Below, piece after piece: positions 59,835-64,000 of a stretch of 64,000 nucleotides of DNA (the first letter of the stretch is position 1; each line of letters begins with the position of its first letter). The notes under the pieces are model-generated. The model was given only the letters and a program-made list of their open reading frames with translations. It was not told the DNA's origin and ran no database searches. The stretch is from Candidatus Bathyarchaeia archaeon. GTDB lineage: Archaea > Thermoproteota > Bathyarchaeia > Bathyarchaeales > Bathycorpusculaceae. The stretch covers positions 41,815 to 105,814 of the forward strand of contig JBEKWR010000007.1 of assembly GCA_049512935.1 (NCBI GenBank). The letters run 5' to 3'. The position numbers and the translations under genes are program-made.

Positions 59835-60593
59835 ATGGATCCCGTAAAAGTGATTGCCGTTGAGAATCTGCCGTTAATAAAAAAAGGAGACAACTTGGGG
59901 AAGCTGATTGTAGAGGCAGCGCAGAAGCAGAACACGCCCATACAAGACAAAGACGTGATTGTGGTAACCCATGTGGTCGTCTCCAAAGCCGAAGGAAACA
60001 TCGTCAACCTCGACGCGGTTGTCCCCTCAGAGCAAGCTAAAGAGATCGCTTCGAAAACAGGCAAAGACCCCGCTCTGGTTGAAGTTGTTCTTCAGGAAAC
60101 AAGGGAGATTGTTAGACTAAGCAGGAACAGCATAATCACAGAAACCAAAAGCGGCATAATCTGCGCCAACGCGGGAGTAGACAGGTCTAACGTTTCAGGC
60201 GACAGAAACGTCGTGCCGCTGCCTAAGGACCCGAATGTTTCAGCACAGAGAATAAGACAAGAAATAAAGCGGTTAACATGTGAAGACGTCGCGGTAATCG
60301 TTTCCGACACGCATGGGAGACCGTTCCGCATGGGCGAGATAAACGTGGCGGTTGGTGTGGCAGGGATCGAGCCGATCAGGGATAGGCGCGGAGAAAAAGA
60401 CCTGTTCGGGTACGTTCTCAGAATAAAACAGACTGCCATAGCTGACGAGTTGTCTTCAGCGGCGGAACTTGTGATTGGTCAAGCGAACGAGGGAATCCCT
60501 GCCGCCATCATCCGAGGGTACAAATATCAAACCGCAAGAAACGCCTCTGCAGTTGAACTTACAAGGCCAAAAGAAAAAGACCTTTTCAGGTAA
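59835..60593 (+). CDS. cofE: Coenzyme F420:L-glutamate ligase
   Basis: VSKAEG, CANAGVDRSN, SDTHGRPFR, DLFG, ADELSSAAELVIG. Confidence 0.94.
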   Translation: MDPVKVIAVENLPLIKKGDNLGKLIVEAAQKQNTPIQDKDVIVVTHVVVSKAEGNIVNLDAVVPSEQAKEIASKTGKDPALVEVVLQETREIVRLSRNSIITETKSGIICANAGVDRSNVSGDRNVVPLPKDPNVSAQRIRQEIKRLTCEDVAVIVSDTHGRPFRMGEINVAVGVAGIEPIRDRRGEKDLFGYVLRIKQTAIADELSSAAELVIGQANEGIPAAIIRGYKYQTARNASAVELTRPKEKDLFR

Positions 60594-60620
60594 AAGAAAA
60601 AAAATAGTGTTGGGTAAAAG

Positions 60621-60965
60621 TTGACGGAACCTGTAACGCCTAAGCGATTCTTGGAGGAAATACTGCCAAGCAAATTCAAACCAGACAAGGCAGCAGGCTT
60701 CGACGTTATCGTCCAGCTGAACTTAACTGGACCACAAGGCGGCAACTGGGTGATCATGCTGAAAAATCAAACTTTGAAAGTAATCCAAGGAACCCATCCT
60801 TCGCCCACGTTAACGCTGACGGTGGCAGACACCGATTTCATGGACTTGGTAAACGGAAAGGTACGCACAACGAAGGCTTTTTTCACTGGGAAAATCCACT
60901 TAAGCGGCAACTTATTGTTGGCCTTAAAGCTTAGGGAAGCGGGCTTGCTGGATTTTGGTGCATAG
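60621..60965 (+). CDS. SCP2 sterol/lipid-binding domain protein
   Basis: QLNLTGPQGGNW, AFFTGKIHLSGNLLLALKL. Confidence 0.85.
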   Translation: MTEPVTPKRFLEEILPSKFKPDKAAGFDVIVQLNLTGPQGGNWVIMLKNQTLKVIQGTHPSPTLTLTVADTDFMDLVNGKVRTTKAFFTGKIHLSGNLLLALKLREAGLLDFGA

Positions 60966-61099
60966 GCAATTTTGTTGTTTGTTTAGTTGCAGCAGGCTCC
61001 GGACTAATCGTGGTGAAAGGGGAAAGAAGGCATAATTTTAAAACTGTCAAGCGCCAATAACTCAGAGTAATTTAGCTCTATTCGATCCTTCAAAGCTGG

Positions 61100-61759
61100 T
61101 TGGACATGTCGACTTTCGCCGTGGTGCCTGTAAAGAATCTTCTAAAATCCAAGAACAGGCTCTCCCACATTTTCACGTTCCAAGAACGGTCTCTCTTTAC
61201 CCTAGCCATGCTTCAAGACGTTTTGAACGCCCTCAGATCCTCAAACATCACCAGAACGGTCGTGGTAAGTTCGGACCCAACTGTTGCACAATTCGTGAAA
61301 GATTTCGGCATCACTTTTCTTCAGGAAACAAGGGAAGGCCTGAACCAGGCGCTAAGTCAAGCCACAAGATGGTGCGTTCGAAACAAGGCAGAAACCGTTC
61401 TATTCTTTCCCGCGGATGTTCCGCTCATAACCTCGAAAGACATAACCCAACTGGTAAACCTGGCTGACGAAGACTCCATCGTTATTTCCCCATCTCGAAA
61501 CGGCGGAACCAATGCGCTTTTGCAATCGCCTCCTGGACTAATCTCACCCTGCTTCGGATTGGACAGTTTCAAAAAGCACATTGCTAAAGCTTCAGCCAAG
61601 CATGTTCGGATCAAAATCTACGCCTCTTTAAACGTCATATTAGACATCGACTCTGAAGAAGACTTAGAGCAACTCCTCAAGGTAGGCGACCACACCGTTT
61701 CCCACAGCTTCTTGCAGCAACATCAAAAGCAAGGCTCCGTAAAACTGGGGGATATCTGA
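61100..61759 (+). CDS. cofC: 2-phospho-L-lactate/PEP guanylyltransferase
   Basis: VVPVK..KNRLS, AMLQDV, PADVP, GGTNAL, DIDSEEDL. Confidence 0.92.
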   Translation: MDMSTFAVVPVKNLLKSKNRLSHIFTFQERSLFTLAMLQDVLNALRSSNITRTVVVSSDPTVAQFVKDFGITFLQETREGLNQALSQATRWCVRNKAETVLFFPADVPLITSKDITQLVNLADEDSIVISPSRNGGTNALLQSPPGLISPCFGLDSFKKHIAKASAKHVRIKIYASLNVILDIDSEEDLEQLLKVGDHTVSHSFLQQHQKQGSVKLGDI

Positions 61760-61799
61760 GACAAAGAATTGCCGTTTTCGTAACGGGCAAATGAAGAAG

Positions 61800-62345
61800 T
61801 CACTTCAACCCGAGTTTTTTCACGGTTCCCTGCGGCAGGTCGTCTTCCCCGATTTTAAACGTCTGAGGCTCATCGATCTTCACAATGGTCCTGAGCTCTT
61901 CAGGGTCAAGTTCGCAGATCAGCTTGGTCAACTGTTTCTTCGCTACCTCAAAGTGCCTTTCAAAAGCCGCTTTATCGCCCCACAATACCGCCGCGTAAGC
62001 GCAGATCGTGCCTTTTTTCAGGAACCACTCAATCTTCTTTGTGGAGAAATTAACGTCAAACGTCACTGGACCAGCCATGCACGTTTCAGGCTTAACCGCG
62101 TGCACCCTGCATTTTCCTGTTTTCTTGTTGAAAAACCCGCAGAAAAGCTGCGCGTCAACCGACGGGTAAGAATAGCCTGCCTTCGCAAACGGTTCATGCA
62201 TGGTAATTCTCTGTTTCTTTAGGTGTTCGCTTAGAACTTTTTTACGGCTTTCGCTCAGCGGGGGTTTTGCGTCTTGGCAGCAGCCTTGTTTGCATTGGCT
62301 GCAGACATCAAACGAGCAGGTTAATCCGTTGTCGCCTTCAGGCAT
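61800..62345 (-). CDS. YkgJ-family (CxxCxxCC) cysteine-cluster protein
   Basis: CSQCKQGCC, CGFF..CRVHAVKPETCMAGP. Confidence 0.85.
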   Translation of the reverse strand: MPEGDNGLTCSFDVCSQCKQGCCQDAKPPLSESRKKVLSEHLKKQRITMHEPFAKAGYSYPSVDAQLFCGFFNKKTGKCRVHAVKPETCMAGPVTFDVNFSTKKIEWFLKKGTICAYAAVLWGDKAAFERHFEVAKKQLTKLICELDPEELRTIVKIDEPQTFKIGEDDLPQGTVKKLGLK

Positions 62346-62359
62346 GACTTTGTCACCGT

Positions 62360-63547
62360 TTAGAGGTAGGGTTCATTGTTTAAGAGGCATTTAATAAGTG
62401 TTGAATAAACATTCACGATTGCTTCATGGAAATCCGTCTTTTCCGCGCGCCTCAAAACTCTGTCCCATATGATTTCGGAGAGGCTGCCGTTTTCAAGTCG
62501 CTTCTCTATAAGCCAAAGGTAGCTTTTCTCGTCCCCGTCGGCGTTTTGCCGAGCCAGGTCAAGATATCTTTGGCACACCTGCCGCGCCGTTTTTCCAGTT
62601 GGGTTTGACACCTCAGCGTTCAATCCTTCCTTGACAACCGCGTTGAAGTCGTGAACCAGCAGGTCATGAGGCAAAAGCTCAGCTTGCCCCGCCATTAAGC
62701 CTCTGAGGACGGCACGGACAAAGCAGCTTAAAGCCACGTCAGACTTGATGCACTCCTGCTCATCCATCACGCGGACTTCAAGCGCTGAACGGTCAAAGCG
62801 GAAAATCACGCCTCTGGAATTAACCCATTCGCGCCAAAGAATCGCCTTTTCCGCGCCTGCCCTGGCTAAATCCTCGGAGTACCGTACGATGACTTCTTGC
62901 TTGTACCTGCTGAACGAGGTAGCGTACTCTGGAACCACATTGGCGGTTATAGACGGGACCTCCTTCTGGTTCACCTTGTAAAACTGCAGCCGGTTATCCA
63001 CGTCTGGACCAGCATTCCCCTCGTAAATCGGCGAGGAAGCCGCGATTGCTGGAAGATAAGCGCAAAGGTTAGCAAGAAAATTGTGCATCTGAACGCCGTC
63101 TGCTTCTTTTTGGTACGGCAGGTTCAGGTGAAAGCTTTGGATGTTCAGCCAGCCGTGCTGGTTCAGATTGAAGATTTTGGCGTATTCATGATAGATTTTC
63201 CTGTGGTAATGAGGCCAAATCGCGGTGTCTTTCAGCTTAAGAAGGGGATGCATCCCGGTGCCGAGAAGTCTTGCACCGTGTTTTTGCACGATTTGGCTAA
63301 GCGTTGAAACGGCGTGCTGCATCGTTTCTTCAAACTCGACGGGCGACTTAAACGGGGAGTTGGCTTTCAACTCCATCACGTGCATCTGCAGTTCTTTGCC
63401 AAACGTGAAGGCCGGCAGCTCGACGAAATTGATGGTTTTTCCGCAGTAATCCTTGATGACTTTGTCGGAGATTGGAAGAACGTTCAATTCTTGGTCTACG
63501 AGCGCTAACTCGTGTTCTGGACCAAGGACTTCAAGTGGCTTATACGT
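62360..63547 (-). CDS. Glutamate-cysteine ligase family 2 (GCS2) protein; start irregular
   Basis: Frame continues upstream of 63487 with YKPLEVLGPEHELALVD; also ELQMHVMELK, GTGMHP, QSFHLN, AASSP, FRFDRSALEVRVMD. Confidence 0.85.
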   Translation of the reverse strand, partial: TYKPLEVLGPEHELALVDQELNVLPISDKVIKDYCGKTINFVELPAFTFGKELQMHVMELKANSPFKSPVEFEETMQHAVSTLSQIVQKHGARLLGTGMHPLLKLKDTAIWPHYHRKIYHEYAKIFNLNQHGWLNIQSFHLNLPYQKEADGVQMHNFLANLCAYLPAIAASSPIYEGNAGPDVDNRLQFYKVNQKEVPSITANVVPEYATSFSRYKQEVIVRYSEDLARAGAEKAILWREWVNSRGVIFRFDRSALEVRVMDEQECIKSDVALSCFVRAVLRGLMAGQAELLPHDLLVHDFNAVVKEGLNAEVSNPTGKTARQVCQRYLDLARQNADGDEKSYLWLIEKRLENGSLSEIIWDRVLRRAEKTDFHEAIVNVYSTLIKCLLNNEPYL

Positions 63548-63654
63548 ACAACTATGCCTCTTTTGTTTTGCCTGAATTTATGAATGCGAATATAATGGTA
63601 GTTAATCTTAAATATAACTGCACGAATAACGCCTTTTAATTAACCTGGTGTCTC

Positions 63655-64000
63655 ATGACCGTGTTGGTCGTCTCAAACATCGACCTAACCACTAATCTGC
63701 AAGTAATAAAGCCTGCAACGTTTTTAGATTCCACAATCAAAGAGCCAACCCTCAACATCAACAACGAGTACCGATACCTCAAAACAGGCTATTACGTCTC
63801 CATGCACGCTGAAGTTCTCGGCAACCGCGTGATTCCATCGTGCGAAAACATCATAGATTCAAGCAGAACCCCCGTTTTTCTTTTAAGAGCGGCTAAAGCT
63901 GGGGTTCCGACCCTGCCCGTTGTAGTCACAGACTCCGTTAAAAAAATCGTCGATGAACTGGGGTTTCCAGTTTTGCTCTTTGCCATTAACCCGTTTATTT
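63655..64000 (+). CDS. RimK-like ATP-grasp N-terminal (RLAN) domain protein (runs off window end)
   Basis: Read by hand: MTVLVVSNID..NINNEYRYLKTGYYVSMHAEVLGNRVIPS. Confidence 0.8.
   Translation, partial: MTVLVVSNIDLTTNLQVIKPATFLDSTIKEPTLNINNEYRYLKTGYYVSMHAEVLGNRVIPSCENIIDSSRTPVFLLRAAKAGVPTLPVVVTDSVKKIVDELGFPVLLFAINPFI

Overview
Archaeal chromosomal core region, most consistent with Bathyarchaeia/TACK (PolD DP1+DP2, Elf1, Sec61-beta, aIF5A, SRP54, GGGP synthase); the taxonomy is inferred from gene content only. It carries an aconitase-IDH-ATP citrate lyase operon, a PadR/ABC exporter, AOR plus ferredoxin, an unusually extended AhbC/D-like radical SAM, the SRP54-Pus10-L21e-Rpo4-KsgA-HemK cluster, ppsA, dph2, cofE/cofC and a GCS2/RimK-like pair. 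The centrepiece is a replication origin upstream of cdc6/orc1 (three full ORBs, two mini-ORBs, an AT-rich tract). Directly beside it is a three-gene cassette of uncharacterised HTH proteins, one apparently membrane-anchored through a long coiled coil, interleaved with dense arrays of GTGAA and GTGAT pentamers, some in 11-bp phase. I propose this as a candidate origin-tethering/segregation system. No rRNA, tRNA, CRISPR array or transposase was recognised. All calls come from reading the sequence; no searches were run.
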